Below are positions 1 through 26,783 of a stretch of DNA of 51,780 bases, piece after piece. The translations under genes were made by a program, and so were the position numbers. Source of the stretch: Bigelowiella natans CCMP2755 (Eukaryota > Protista > Cercozoa); contig ADNK01000861.1 in assembly GCA_000320545.1 (NCBI GenBank), positions 1 through 51,780 of the forward strand. The letters are read 5' to 3'. Numbering within the stretch: position 1 is the stretch's first letter; every line of letters starts with the position of its first letter. The notes under the pieces are model-generated. The model did not search any database. It was given only the letters and a program-made list of their open reading frames with translations, and was not told the DNA's origin.

Positions 1-29
1 GGGGGGGGGCCATCACTCTCATAGTACTG

Positions 30-503
30 CTACATCTGCCACAGGCCGAGGAATGGTCCAAGCTTCGGACAAAGGTCCACGCCCAGGAGGAGGAGATCTT
101 GCGATTGAGGTGAAAGTGGGGGGAGGGGGGAGAAAAGAGGGAAGAAGCAGCTCCTCAATGTGCAATCTCGATACCGAAATTGCAATAATCTACCATAAGC
201 TTGCTTTCTTGGGCGTGCTGCATTCCATGTGACGCTTCTTGCTATTGCAGGCGAAAACTGCAAGGGAGAGGAGACGATATAGGGTTTTTTAAGAGGCGGA
301 ATAGATTGCAAACCGCTGCGGAAGAGAGCAGCGTAGCCATGGTCAGTTCTCTTGAATAGCTTGGGGAATTGCAAGCCTCCTCGTCCAATTTCATCACTCG
401 ATGATCGCCTAAATGCAACAACAACAACAAGAACAACAACCGAAAGACCTCGTGTGTGGCTGTTTTAGGAAGTGTGAGTGTGTGAGCGGGTGCGTGCGTA
501 TGT

Positions 504-543
<40 letters not shown>

Positions 544-946
544 ACTCTAACAACCATCATAACTACTAGTCGGAAGTGACCCTGCCGTTTGGACGCATGT
601 TCATTCCCACAAAGACCTTGGGACGGAAGGAGGTCAGTTTCGCACTCAGTAACATAATACATATAAAGAGAAGATCTACTTGGTGGTGCTGCCAAGGAAG
701 AACCCCCCCCCCCCCCCGCTCTGCCTGACCTTTTTGTGCGACGATGATGTATCTCGGAACTCAGGAAAAGGGGGATTTTGCTGTTGTAGCTTCCGGATCT
801 TCAGTGCAAGGTGCTAAAGAGGCTATTGTTGGCAATGAAGAAGGTGGATTATGTTCAGAAAACACCAAGAACGAATAGATATTTGAACGACTCAGCTGTC
901 ACGAACATCCCCAGGGCTTTTAATAACTTACTTGCTTTCTGTTTCA
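30..946 (-). CDS. Probable multi-exon gene of unknown function, 3' part outside the window
   Basis: GT/AG-bounded open segments on the minus strand (about 729-815, 570-687, 315-408, 195-255), one intron carrying a (CA)n tract. No recognisable domain, and the phases could not all be reconciled. Confidence 0.3.
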
Positions 947-1149
947 TCCCCTCCCCTAATACTACACGACGACGACGTAGAGAAAAAGGAAAAAAGGACC
1001 GGATCATTAGAAGGCCTGATCAGCACTCCTGGAGGATTGTTCACGTAGTTTTATAAAATTTGGCCTGTTTTTATCTTCCAGTGGCAGTGTCGAGACTCGA
1101 AGATGTGGTGATTTATGGAAGTCTTCTTCGGCTGGCTACAACTCATTAA

Positions 1150-1830
1150 CATCTGCATGTCGTTGGCTATGTAATAACTAGTTTTAGAAATATTCTCTTG
1201 AGTCATGCTTTGCTGCCTACTGCTAGTATAAGCTAGTTAGCCTAGCATTAACATGTCATGTTCAGCTTGCAGAGAGCACTATCTAGACATGGACAATAAC
1301 GTCTCCAGCTCCTAGCGATAGATAGATCTAACAATCTTGGCATCTGAGGTGCACGCTACGCATACATATCATGCACCTTTTTCGTTTCTAATGCACATAT
1401 CTAGATATCTGTGGCGTTGTAGCACCAATCTAGCATTCTCGAGCTCTCATGCTAAGAAATGGAAGCGCTGTTTTGTTCTATTAGACGAATGCCATACTAG
1501 CATAATGGGCGCAATCCGCTACGCTAGGATACGCGCTGGTGCGTGCCGGCCGCACAACTAGCTAGCTAGACAGCACATAATAGACACAGCAATATATTGC
1601 ATGTCTATCATGCACGCTAGCTAGCACGGACATACGTTAAGACATGCTAGCATGCTCAAGCGCTCTGGAATGTATGCACTGCCGGCGGGGTGCCCAGTCT
1701 AGCAGTGCGATGCGGCGTGTTACGTTGTACAGAGCACATTAGACATACATTCAGAAGTCTGTGCTTATTGTTCTATTGCATTGCATGCTAGCATAGAATA
1801 ATTAGAACCTGTACATGCTAGCATGTGTGG
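1150..1830. other. Intergenic tract rich in GCTAGC/GCATGC/TGCA palindromic words
   Basis: Dense gctagc, gcatgc, tctaga, catg and tgca words (e.g. gctagctagacag, catgctagcatgc). Lies just downstream of the ART gene stop. Confidence 0.6.
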
Positions 1831-1842
1831 GTACAATTTCAT

Positions 1843-2307
1843 TCATAAGTAGCAACCGCTGTCGAGCACTCTGATTTCCTTCAGATGTATCACGCTGGCC
1901 TTCCCTGTTATGCTCACCTTGCTTTTCACCTCCAGTTGCGTTCCCATTTTCAATATGTACTCCTCTTCGTCTCGAGAGCTACTGAAAGCTTGCACAGCAC
2001 GGGCATTCTCTGCAGAAAGGTATTAGTTTGACGTCGTTAATGGCAAATTGATTATTCAATCTGTTTTGCTAATCCAAGTGAAAATGTCAATCGAATAAGT
2101 GGCAACGCAACCTAGTAATATCTTCTCTGATAACCACTGGGATATATACTACTAGTGACACCTGTTTCAATACTGAAAAGTGTGCAGGGTAAATCCGCTT
2201 TGTCGCCGCCCTCTTTCCCTAGAAAGTACTTTGTTCTCTCCAGTGTCTTCGTTGCAGAGGACACTGCCCACCAAGTTATGATCGTACCCGTCCGGTATGA
2301 ATGGTCC

Positions 2308-2347
<40 letters not shown>

Positions 2348-3749
2348 TAATATTTACCAATGCGAGATATATCATCTAATAGGACGTTTGGGAGATGTGT
2401 ACAGAGAACAGTGCATGGTGATCATTGCTAGGTGCTCTGATCTGACCAGCTTCGTGTTGATTCCTCTCTACACAACGAGCTTCTGGGGCGGCAACTTGCT
2501 GAGAGCACTGTCAAGAATTTGAAGGTACGGGTGGAAAGGGCAAGCGCTCCTTCGCTGCCCTGTGCGAAGAGAGAGATTCAGCGCCCTGTGAAATTGATTA
2601 TCCTGTGTGTATAGGTTTATAGCCGCAATTTCGTCTAGGGACATGCCAGCAGCAGCTTGTTCGCGTCGTGGCCTTTTTAGGCGCAGCCTTTTAGCAAAAT
2701 CAAAGGCAGCTCGCCCATAATCTAGAAGGGGTAGACTTGCAGGTGCCTTCACCCGCAACTTGACTTCTGCAATGGCCCTCATGAGATCCTTCGGAGATTT
2801 GGATTTGAACATGTGGAGAGGAGACCGGCAAGATGGGTTGCGGCAAACACCGTTGCCACGCGCCGCAACAACTGATTTCCGTTCCTTCAATCGTGCGGGT
2901 TGACCGGAGGAAGTGGATAATGATAATGATGATGATGACGCCGTCAAGAGTGAAGAGGAAGACGGTGTTGCAAAATTTGAAGATGTTACAGGTTTTGAAG
3001 GTGTTTTGCAAGAAGTCGATGAGGAGGACGAGGAGGTATACGATGTTAGGTCCACAGAAGATACAGATGATGGGGATTCAGAGAACATTGTCCACGGAGA
3101 ACTCTTCTTCATTTCCTTCTTCTATTTTAGTAAGTGCAAATCAGGTGTTAGTTCTTCAAAGACGCGTGCTAAGGAGCGTCGATGAGACTGAATTAAAGTT
3201 GACCTTAGTAAAAAGACCCTCGAATGGGAAATACGGCTTGAATTTCTTGCTGGGCGTGATACTACTACTACTTGTGGTCAGGTGAATCCTCTCCCTTTTC
3301 TTGGCCAGGGATTTTTTCACAGAATTGAAATCTACTGCGCGATAGCCTAGTCCAGCTTCTTGCTGGACAATGCTGTAGATAAGGTCCCTGTGAGGTTTCA
3401 GTGTTTGTCTCATCTGTGCTTCGAGCAGCTTTCGTATTTGGCTCATCGTCAATTCGGTGAGGTCCCGATGTTCCACTAAATACTTTATTCTCTTTCGTAA
3501 CTGTCCACGAAGTTTTTGTTTTGGAACGACATTGTTTTCTTTCTTCTGAGAAGCGGCTGGGGGGAGCAGGCGAGGCGCTTTGCACGCATCACATCTCATG
3601 TCCTCGGGCTAACGATCCGAAACAATTCAAAACATCAATAGAATTCGGAAATTTTTAAAGAATTAACAGCAACAATTAAGGACAAGAAAGTAGTAATCCA
3701 CCTCGTTCACTAGCGTACATTTTGAGCAGCTCCATGCCATCCCCGCCAT
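1843..3749 (-). CDS. RanBP2/NZF zinc finger + DEK-C-like domain + R-S-E (ARTC-type) mono-ADP-ribosyltransferase; in-frame TAG at 2468-2470 (possible pseudogene, error or edited codon)
   Basis: Exons 3749-3702, 3608-3204, 3121-2447, 2306-2162, 2009-1843, all GT-AG with matching phases. Motifs: WSCSKCTLVNEPEDMRCDAC (RanBP2 ZnF); LRKRIKYLVEHRDLTELTMSQIRKLLE...LKPHRDLIYSIV (DEK-C-like); EIAAINLYT...ALNLSLR...YLQILDSALSKLP, VV*RG, WWAVSSAT, TLFSI, RDEEEYIL (ART R-S-ExE). Confidence 0.8.
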
Positions 3750-4246
3750 TCTCGGTTTACCCGACACAAGCAGGGGCAGAGCTATTGGTAGGAGATAGGA
3801 GACTTGACCGGTAATTCTGGGCTAGCTGGAAAGGAAGATTTCATTTGTCGTAGGTGCGAAATAGCCTAGAATAGTCACTTTGATACGTCCATCTGAAGTT
3901 GCTCGTAACTTAGAAATATTCCGCATTAAAATTCTTCCTGTTTGGCAATGGCAGTAGCAACACAAAGCCGTCTCCAGGTGATCTCGAGAAAAAGCACTCA
4001 CCCGTATCCCGGCAGCTCTGCTCTGCAGTTTTGAACAAGAACACGCTATATTTTTAGGGCATTTTACTGCAAAGACAAGGGTACAATGTATCTTTTCGAA
4101 TAAAAACCTTCGAAGGGTGTCTGCTTATCAACCAAGAGAATCTACGTGGCTCCCGCCTGCCCGCCCAAGTTTTGGTTGCCCGAGTGTAATTATTGGGCAG
4201 AGAGTACGGAGTGGGAAACAACACGGGTGCTCCCCGTTCGTTGTCA

Positions 4247-5153
4247 ATGTGGCGGTCATGTTGGAATAACCGAAGTCATGGACAATATTACAACATCCTC
4301 CTCCTTTCCGCGTGCGTGATGGTCGCGTCGGGAGCCCGGAATGCTCTTCCTGCACATCCTCGCCTGTTTCACGAAACTGATGTTGTTCACCGCAGCGGCG
4401 GACATTCTAGCCAGTGGAAATGGACTGGGAAAGCGAATCCAAACGAGTAATCACACAGAAGCTAACAATTTGTGTCTCTGCATGATCACCTATGATTATA
4501 TCTCCTTAGGCAAATTGATTTGGTTCTCGCCGTGAAGCAATCGAACGTTCATCTGTTAGAAACGATAGTTTTAGCTACATCAGACCCAGACTCCATTGAT
4601 TATGGTAATCACTTGTCTTGGAAAGAGGTAAATAAGCTGGTAGCGCCTTCGTCAGCCTCTCTGGGCTCAATTCTGCAATACCTGTCCTCGTTCCAAATCA
4701 ACACCTGCGAGACGTCCCCTTCAGGAGACTTTGTCCGGTGCATTGTGACCGTATCAACGGCAGAAGCACTCCTGGACACCGAATACCATCGTTACGAGCA
4801 CATCGACAATCCGGCCATCAGCATCCTCCGCACCGCTTACTACTCGCTCCCGAAAGGCGTATCAGAATACATCGACTTTGTCTCTCCGACAGTCAGATTC
4901 CCGTCCCTCCAGAAAAAAGCCAAGCGGAAGGACATTGGAGGCTACCACCCCGCTCGAAAACAGAAAGGGCACAGCCCCCGACGCAAGGAGCACTTCCGTA
5001 TGCGAACAAACACTCCCCATAGCTTGAGGGAGCTTTACAAGCTGGGGAATGCTACTGGAACCCTCGGAAAGCAAGCATGTACTGCGTTTTTAGAGCAGGT
5101 ACTCATGACTATCATTGCGTCCCATGAGCAGAACGTACAATGTTCCCATAAGA

Positions 5154-5211
<58 letters not shown>

Positions 5212-5784
5212 GTGTGTTTGCATATATATTATATATGAGATTGCAATTTAAATGTACACATGTTTAATCTTGAGTGAAGGACAAGAATGATATGAGGTCA
5301 CACAGCGATGTCCACTCAATTGTTTTGTCCATGTATTAGTTAATCTCATCCTTCAATGAACGATCTCTTTCTCTACCTGTATTTATTGATGTACCCTTTG
5401 CATTTGGATGGATAACTTCCAGTACTACGAAAAGCCAGATTTGAGTAAATTCTGGCGGGATTTTTATCCGAGTGAGGAAAGGTACAACGCTGCCAGATAG
5501 ATCCATAAAATTTTGACATAATGTTAATGTGTCAAGACACAACGAGCGTTCCTGCTATCAACACCGTGATCATCCTTCTCCTTTCTTACACTGGTGTTGC
5601 TTCTTCAGCAAAACAAGAATCAGCAGCATTGGTCCCGACAAGAGCAAGGCGGGCATCGAGGCGAATTTAGAGTAATGGCGAGCATCCGAGTAACATAGTA
5701 AAGGGGGGGAAAGTCCTCTACGAGAATGAATATATCGATGAATCATTTTGGTCGAAAACGTGCCGAAGACATGTTGTCTACCTG

Positions 5785-5816
<32 letters not shown>

Positions 5817-6716
5817 GTGAGAAGAATTATCAAGGCGATAATAATTCATTCCTCGAGCTTTTTCCCCTTTGATGGAAATAGTCGTCAAGATTATAAGATG
5901 TTCCGATATTATTCAGTGGACTAGCACATCCTTCGACATTTCTCCCTTCATTTTTCCCGCCTGCACAGTCTGATAGCCCCCCCCCCTTCGTAGTGCTGAT
6001 ATTCTCCTCCTCCTCCTGCTGCTGCTGCTGCTACCACTTTGTCGTTCTATTCTTTCATCATTTCAGCATCGAGTTTCTCTCGACTATAGGCAACGGCATT
6101 GCGACAGAATTCTGGTCCTTTCCTGGGCGCGCACCTGACAACCCAGAGAACGAGCCATTCTTGAGCTGGATGTAATCTTGCTGATCTCCCCACATTCGTA
6201 CTCTTCTCGCCACGCTAAGGGCACGCTTGAAAATGATGGAAAGAATGAGAGAGAATGCAACCCTTTTCGGCGTGAACCCAAACGATTTGTCCCTACTGAT
6301 TCGTACGCTTCTGCGTGTTGTTGCTGCGGTTATTTTTGGAATACAACGAAATGATAACAACAGGTACCAGGTGGCAAATACGTCCGATGCAGATGTCCCT
6401 AAGGTGTCGCCCTGCTTCTCCTGATCATCCGCACTATCGTCTCCGTTACGATGAATCAAGAAATCACATCTTCTCCCTCCTCCATCTTCCTCTTCCTTTC
6501 CTTGTTCATTTGTAGAAAATGCTACTGGCCTTGTTCGCTTTCTTTACATTATCATCACGTGCCAACCATCATCATCACCATTAGGTTTTCTCTACCTCGT
6601 ACGGGGAGGCCGAGCACACAGTCTCCGCAGCTTATATGAATAGAATTAATATTGAATTCCAGAAGGCCGCCGCGCGAGGGATCTCGGTATGTGTGGAAGC
6701 TTGTAGTAGTAGTAAC

Positions 6717-6749
<33 letters not shown>

Positions 6750-6787
6750 CATATCTGGGACGTATGGGCCTTCTTCTTTTGTGTGTT

Positions 6788-6839
<52 letters not shown>

Positions 6840-7090
6840 TGTGTGTGGTTGGGGGTTGCAAAGAGGGTGGTAGCGAGCTGTCTTCATCATCAACCTCCTC
6901 TTCCTCCTCCTCCTCCTCCTCCTCCTCTCCAATCATCGAACACAGCTTCTATTTGCGACGGGCGACTACGGAGTGACGGACCAGGGCGATTGCCCTGTAG
7001 GAGGAAAGCTACAGGGTCAGTGGCCTGCAGGCTCTCCGTGGGTCACAGGAGTGGGAGGAACCGTCGGGGGAACATCTGAGGTACCACCAC

Positions 7091-7130
<40 letters not shown>

Positions 7131-7976
7131 GTCTATGTAGCTTATGCTATCACGCGATCGATCTTATTTGCCAAGAGAATAGCCAACCGCTGAAAGGGAC
7201 GCTGAAAAAACAGTAAAAGGCTCATACGTTCTGCTTCTTCCACTTTGCTTCTTTCTCCCTCCTCTTCTTCTTCTTCTTCTTCTCCCCCCTCTTTTTTGGT
7301 GATGGACCTCGCTCGGCCTCGGTGTATTCGTCTTCCATTTCCTTCTGTCACTGTGGGGTTTCAGATTCCTGAGCACGCCTGGAAGGGTATGTCGAAAGAA
7401 GAACGCCCATTGATCACCCCCCCCCCCCCCCCCTTCCCCCCCCTTCTCGTCGTAATATCATGACTAACATCTGTTTCGTCACAAGGTTCTGCTGGGGGTT
7501 TCAGCAACCAATGGCCGCAGCCCGCATACCAGAAGCAGCACGTCAAGAATTACTTCGACTCTGCCATGGTGGTGGTCACAGGGCCGCTGCATATGCTTCT
7601 CCCCGCATCCAACCGCTACAACGGCTCGAAGTGCGGCTTTCCCGACGTCTCCGCACAGGCCGATAACTTTCTCGTCATCGACAGAGGTGAGTTACTGAGC
7701 GTGGCCGGCACAAGCTGCTCAAGCCCCACCTTCAGCGGCATCGTCTCTCTTTTGAACGACATTCGGCTCAGGGCGAACAAGTCCACGCTCGGGTTTCTGA
7801 ACCCTCTGTTCTATAAGCACCCGTCGATCTTCAACGACATCGTGGAGGGCTCCAACCGCGCTGGTGGGCGGTGCGGCGATAGGGGGTTCCCTGCCTCCAA
7901 AGGATGGGATCCGGTTACAGGGCTGGGCACGCCCAACTTCCCCAAGATGGAGGCACTCGTTCGCAGCCTAAAATGA
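4247..7976 (+). CDS. TPP1: Sedolisin (peptidase S53), tripeptidyl-peptidase-1-like, with N-terminal hydrophobic leader and pro-domain
   Basis: About 10 exons joined in phase. Pro-domain LVLAVKQSN...SDPDSIDYGNHLS; catalytic IEANLDIE (Glu/Asp); STSYG; oxyanion LFATGDYG; WPAGSPWVTGVGGT; GSAGGFS; GFPDVSA; catalytic Ser GTSCSSP; Ca-site GWDPVTGLGTP; TGA ending at 7976. Confidence 0.92.
6704..6846. repeat. Representative intronic microsatellite cluster (AGT)n/(CT)n/(GT)n; similar tracts occur in many introns
   Basis: Directly visible. Others at about 510, 2311, 5157, 22668-22910, 29300-29495, 39132-39200, 50447-50540, 51218-51260 and 51667-51780. Confidence 0.95.
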
Positions 7977-8449
7977 AAGACGCGTGGTGATAGAATAGTC
8001 GTCTTTAAACCATGCATTCTCGCTGCTGTTAGTACCGGTAGCAGTAATAGTTGGAGTAGTAGTAATTGTAGTAGTAAATTGTAGTTACAATTGTAGCAGG
8101 AGTAGTACTTGTTGTTGTTCTTCTTGATTCAGTAGAGGTCAATAACTGTAGCGGAAAAGAGCAAGCATTGAAATTTATAAGCTTCCTCGGCCGGATAACT
8201 ATATTCATGTAAGTATGCTTCTTGATGGCTAGATAGGGTTAGGGAGAGAAGTGGGAAAAAACTTTTTTGGATGAGCTGTATCTTAAAATTGTAATAATAA
8301 GGCTCACAAGCTTACCTAGTTAGTTTGCGTGAAGCAAATAATAGATTAAATTTTATATATGATTTCGAAACAACCGCACCGGTGACAAAATATACTTTAA
8401 GTTTTGCATAGTAAACATACATTAATTCACCTTTCCAGCTTTGGTGATG

Positions 8450-8830
8450 ATGCCGATCTCAAGGAGCATGATATGATACATAGCCACCATGAATTTAGCA
8501 ATATGTTTGCAAGCATAGTCAGATGATGCATGCAGCCATAGCATATATACATGTAAATGTATAGCTCATTTCACCTAATTCGATTTGGCAGGCTATCTAG
8601 CCGGCTATGTGTGTATCCTTTTTAAAATCGGACTGCGTGCTGTTGAGATATATTCCGCGTGCGTTGTGCATATGCGCGTCAAGCTGCAATTCGCGCATCA
8701 TAAGATATCATCAGGACTACACATCGTGCGCGCCGTATCCTGCTACTGCTAGCCTGGTAACTTTTACAGTCAAGTGAGGACTAGAATGTACAGCCCCGCG
8801 ATTCACGCATAAGCGAATAAATGTTCCACG
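8450..8830. other. Intergenic CATG/TGCA/CTAG-rich tract between convergent genes
   Basis: gatgcatgcagc, tacatgta, tatctagc, gcatatgcgcg, tgctagc, between the TPP1-like and polycystin-like 3' ends. Confidence 0.5.
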
Positions 8831-9481
8831 CACATGAGAATGGAATGGAAACACATTCATGATGAGTATGAAATTGTTAACACATAACATCGACACCAAT
8901 TATGTAATTATTTTGGCGGATTTCCAGCGTTTTTTCACCAGAAAGTTCTTGAGGTTGATTTTCATAGTAAATATGCGTGAGAGTGTTGAGCTTCTCTGTG
9001 CAGCATCAAGAAGGTCGAAGGAGAATACGACACGACGATGGACATTACACAGGAAAAACGAACGGTTTACAGAGATAAAGCGCTTGAAAGTTGCTATTAA
9101 TCTTTGTCAGACCAGTGTGCAGAAAAATAAAGTACTAGAATAGAATAGTTGTTTTCATTGATTAGTTATAAGGTGCCTTATTGTTTGTGTGGCGAGAGAT
9201 CTAAGGAGAGTAATTACTGCTGTGAAATATAATTTTAACTTAGGAGAGTTTGACTTCTCAGCGGTGGCCTCTGTGGTGCTATCTATATTTCAGAGAGGTA
9301 CCCCAAGTACAACGCGAGCTCGCAATAAAGTAAAACAAGTAACAGATTTGGATCAAGTAAAGGTTTCGAAGATTACCGGAAGGAGAAGTCTATATTATCC
9401 CCTTCCTCTCCTCCCCTCCCTAGACCGATCCTAGGCAATAAGCTGCCAGACAGGAGTGATCCCAGATCCGCCTACGAGTTA

Positions 9482-23837
<14,356 letters not shown>

Positions 23838-24914
23838 TTGAAAGTGGTACTAGATAATAGAGTGGAAAATACAGAGATAGACCAGCTGCTCTCTGATCGA
23901 AAGATAATAGCACCTATTCGAGTAATCATGATTGTTTGCCTCATGGAAACGTTGGGACCGAGGTCAAGACCGAAAATCTTCTCCTCGGTCGAGACCCTTG
24001 GTTAAAGCAGTCAAGGGTCCCTTTTCTCAGCTATCGCTCCTAAAGTGCCCCTGGATATGTAATGGAGAAGGGGCTGTAAGCTTCATTCTATTCTGGACAT
24101 AAGGGTGCGAATACGCGAATGACTGTCCGTCAAGAAATTAGGTTTGTCATGTAGTATAAACTGTGCATACTTCCGCTAATAAACGTCAGGTATTGAAATT
24201 TTGATTTGCTTCTCAGCGATGCGCTGTGTCTTCAAATGCACTCGAACGAGGGCATGAATAAATGATTCACTTGGGAAAATCTTCTCAGCAACAAATCGCT
24301 AGGAAAGCCATCGTATCCTAGCGAATGTTCGATGGAGTACCGTAAAACTGGTGAAGGAGTTCAAAACCTCTCCCCACGAAACAGGCGGCAGACACCAGCC
24401 TTCATGTGAGGGGAGCTTCGCGGGGGCGCGACGAGATTAGTTAGACGTCTACACCGTGTAAATCTCCAGAAACGGGCCAGGGAAACCGCAAAATGATAAG
24501 GAGACATTTTATACGATACTTGGACGATAATAGTTGTCGTAGAGATAAAATGACCACCACTCTTATTGAATAAATGTTCAAAATGGGAGTTATCTAAAAT
24601 TAGAATGGCAGAAACGGCTGCAATTAGGTTGTCGCTCTGGGAAAAATCTCTCTTGAGATTTCGGGGCTAATAGTTGTTGTAGAAGTTGTTGTCGAAAACC
24701 GAATTCAGCTCATTGCAATTACGAAAGTTTCTAGCTCTAGAAACTTCTAAAGTTTGAGTATCTGTTTCAAGGGGCCAAATGGTGTGAAAGATTGCTGAGG
24801 ACTTTTTGCTTGTGTTGTAAGTACATTAGTACAATATGCTAAACATATTGTCTGATTTTACTCCTACAATACAGGGAAACGATGATGCCCCCCCGATGAC
24901 GACCAGCATCTCCG
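23838..24914. promoter_or_regulatory. Putative bidirectional promoter region between the polycystin-like and TRP genes
   Basis: Inferred only from divergent start codons about 1.08 kb apart. No motif identified. Confidence 0.35.
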
Positions 24915-26746
24915 ATGCAGTTCTTTCCTGATCATGATCTCTTCCAGTTTGCCCATGATGGCGATCTCGAAGAGATTAAGGTGGCAAATATGCCGTGCGA
25001 ATAATCAAAATGAAATGCCTGAATCGTGCTACATCGTGGAGCTGTGTGTGTCCCTCCTATATCATGGAGTTATCTCCTCACAGACACTATTATTATCCGA
25101 CGATTAGGAACTCGTCGATAAGGGAAGTATTGACTTAAACTCAAAGGGCCCTAATGAAGATACTATGCTGCACTATGCCGTAAGGGGAAACCAGCCCTTG
25201 GTATTGAAGTATCTCTTGGAGAACAAAGTGAATATTCGGCATCCAAATAAGGAAGGCAAAACAGCTCTACACCTCGCATGCAAAATCGGTCATACGGATA
25301 TGGTGAAAAATCTACTTGAGAACGGAGCTAGGTTGTTACAATACGCAAGCCCCTTGCTATTTTAAAGCCTTAGAAGGCGATAAGTCGTCGATGAATCCTG
25401 GCCGTTATCAGGTGTAACTTACAGACCCACAAAAAGAAGTCGTGCCCTCTACACTACGCTGCACAAAACGGTAATTTCGGCGAAATGCTGAGATGGGTTT
25501 ACAACCTAGCAAATAAAATACGTTGATAGCAGAGATATTTTCTTTTACATGTTATATTTATAAATAATATAAATATATTATTAGCATATGTCGCCACTAT
25601 TTACCGGAAGGATGTTAATCTGTTTAGATACAAACCTGTGTATGTTGTTACCTGTGATACTATCAGCACACTCTGAGGTGGTGAGGTCATTGCTCGACAT
25701 GGGTGCTAACCCTCTAATCTCTGATAACAACGGGGAGATTCCCATCCAGATCTGTGCCAGGTATTCTTCCTCACGACCGTAGTGTAGTGTTCATGCGTCT
25801 ACTTTCGTCACTACTTTTATGAACTGAGAATAATTAAGCTATCAATCGTTCTATTACTATTCATCGGCAACCAGATTGTGCAACGATTACTTTGACGAGC
25901 TCTGGAACTGCGATCTAGCAGAGCTGCAAAAATTACTCCAGGTCACTGATTCTGTATTGTTCCTGTGGCGGGGATGGTGGGATGCTTTGCGACTGATTGC
26001 ATGTATTCCCAATATGTATTTAGGAATCAAAGCATATGGAATGCATCCGGCAAATGCTATCCGAGCTTCCTGATCATATAATGCGCGCACAATTCATGAG
26101 GCTCAACGTCACACCTAAGATCGCCTATCTGGTTCATTCCACCATGCAATAGTGCCTCCTTCTAAACTCCCCTCTCCTCCCCACCCCCCCTCTCGTCACT
26201 TAATATTGATGGATCATTGGTGTTCATCACTTGCAGTTCTTGCACTCCCAAATGAAGTTGAAGCAATCATGGGGAAATGTGAGGAGTGTCTTCTACGATT
26301 TTACACTCATTGAATCTCCGAAAAGGGTACAACACAGCAGCAGAGTGGTGGTGATGGTGGTGGTGGTGGTGGTGTGAGTTAATAATTTTCAATATACCAT
26401 TAGATTATCAATAATTCTGTGCTGAGAAAACGTTCTCAAATTGTTAGTCTGAATTTTCTCACGACACCCCCACCTCCTCTCCGCCTCCTCCTTTTCACTC
26501 CTATTCACATTAGAATGAAGATCCCGTTCTATCGTCCTTTTTGCGCGAGGATGCGAGGCTTATATTCTCACATCCATTGGTACACCAGCCGGATGATCAT
26601 TCAAATTGATTGTTATTGTGATGCTTGGCGGGTATTGAGTCTTGCTGCTCTATTTACCCACTGCAAAGGTTATAAAACTTATGGATATCAAGTGGAATCA
26701 ATTTGGCCGGGCTGGCTTCAGAGGGAATCTGGTCGAATGATGTCGC

Positions 26747-26783
<37 letters not shown>

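Noticed and set aside
2468-2470. Genome-wide TAG reassignment (alternative genetic code)
   Set aside because: No other in-frame TAG turned up in the gene models, including an 8.2-kb exon, and TAG appears to terminate the TRP and cyclin genes.
8859-9434. Short plus-strand ORFs 8859-9143 and 9189-9434
   Set aside because: No motifs or supported splice structure. Probably the 3' UTR/intergenic region of the convergent genes.
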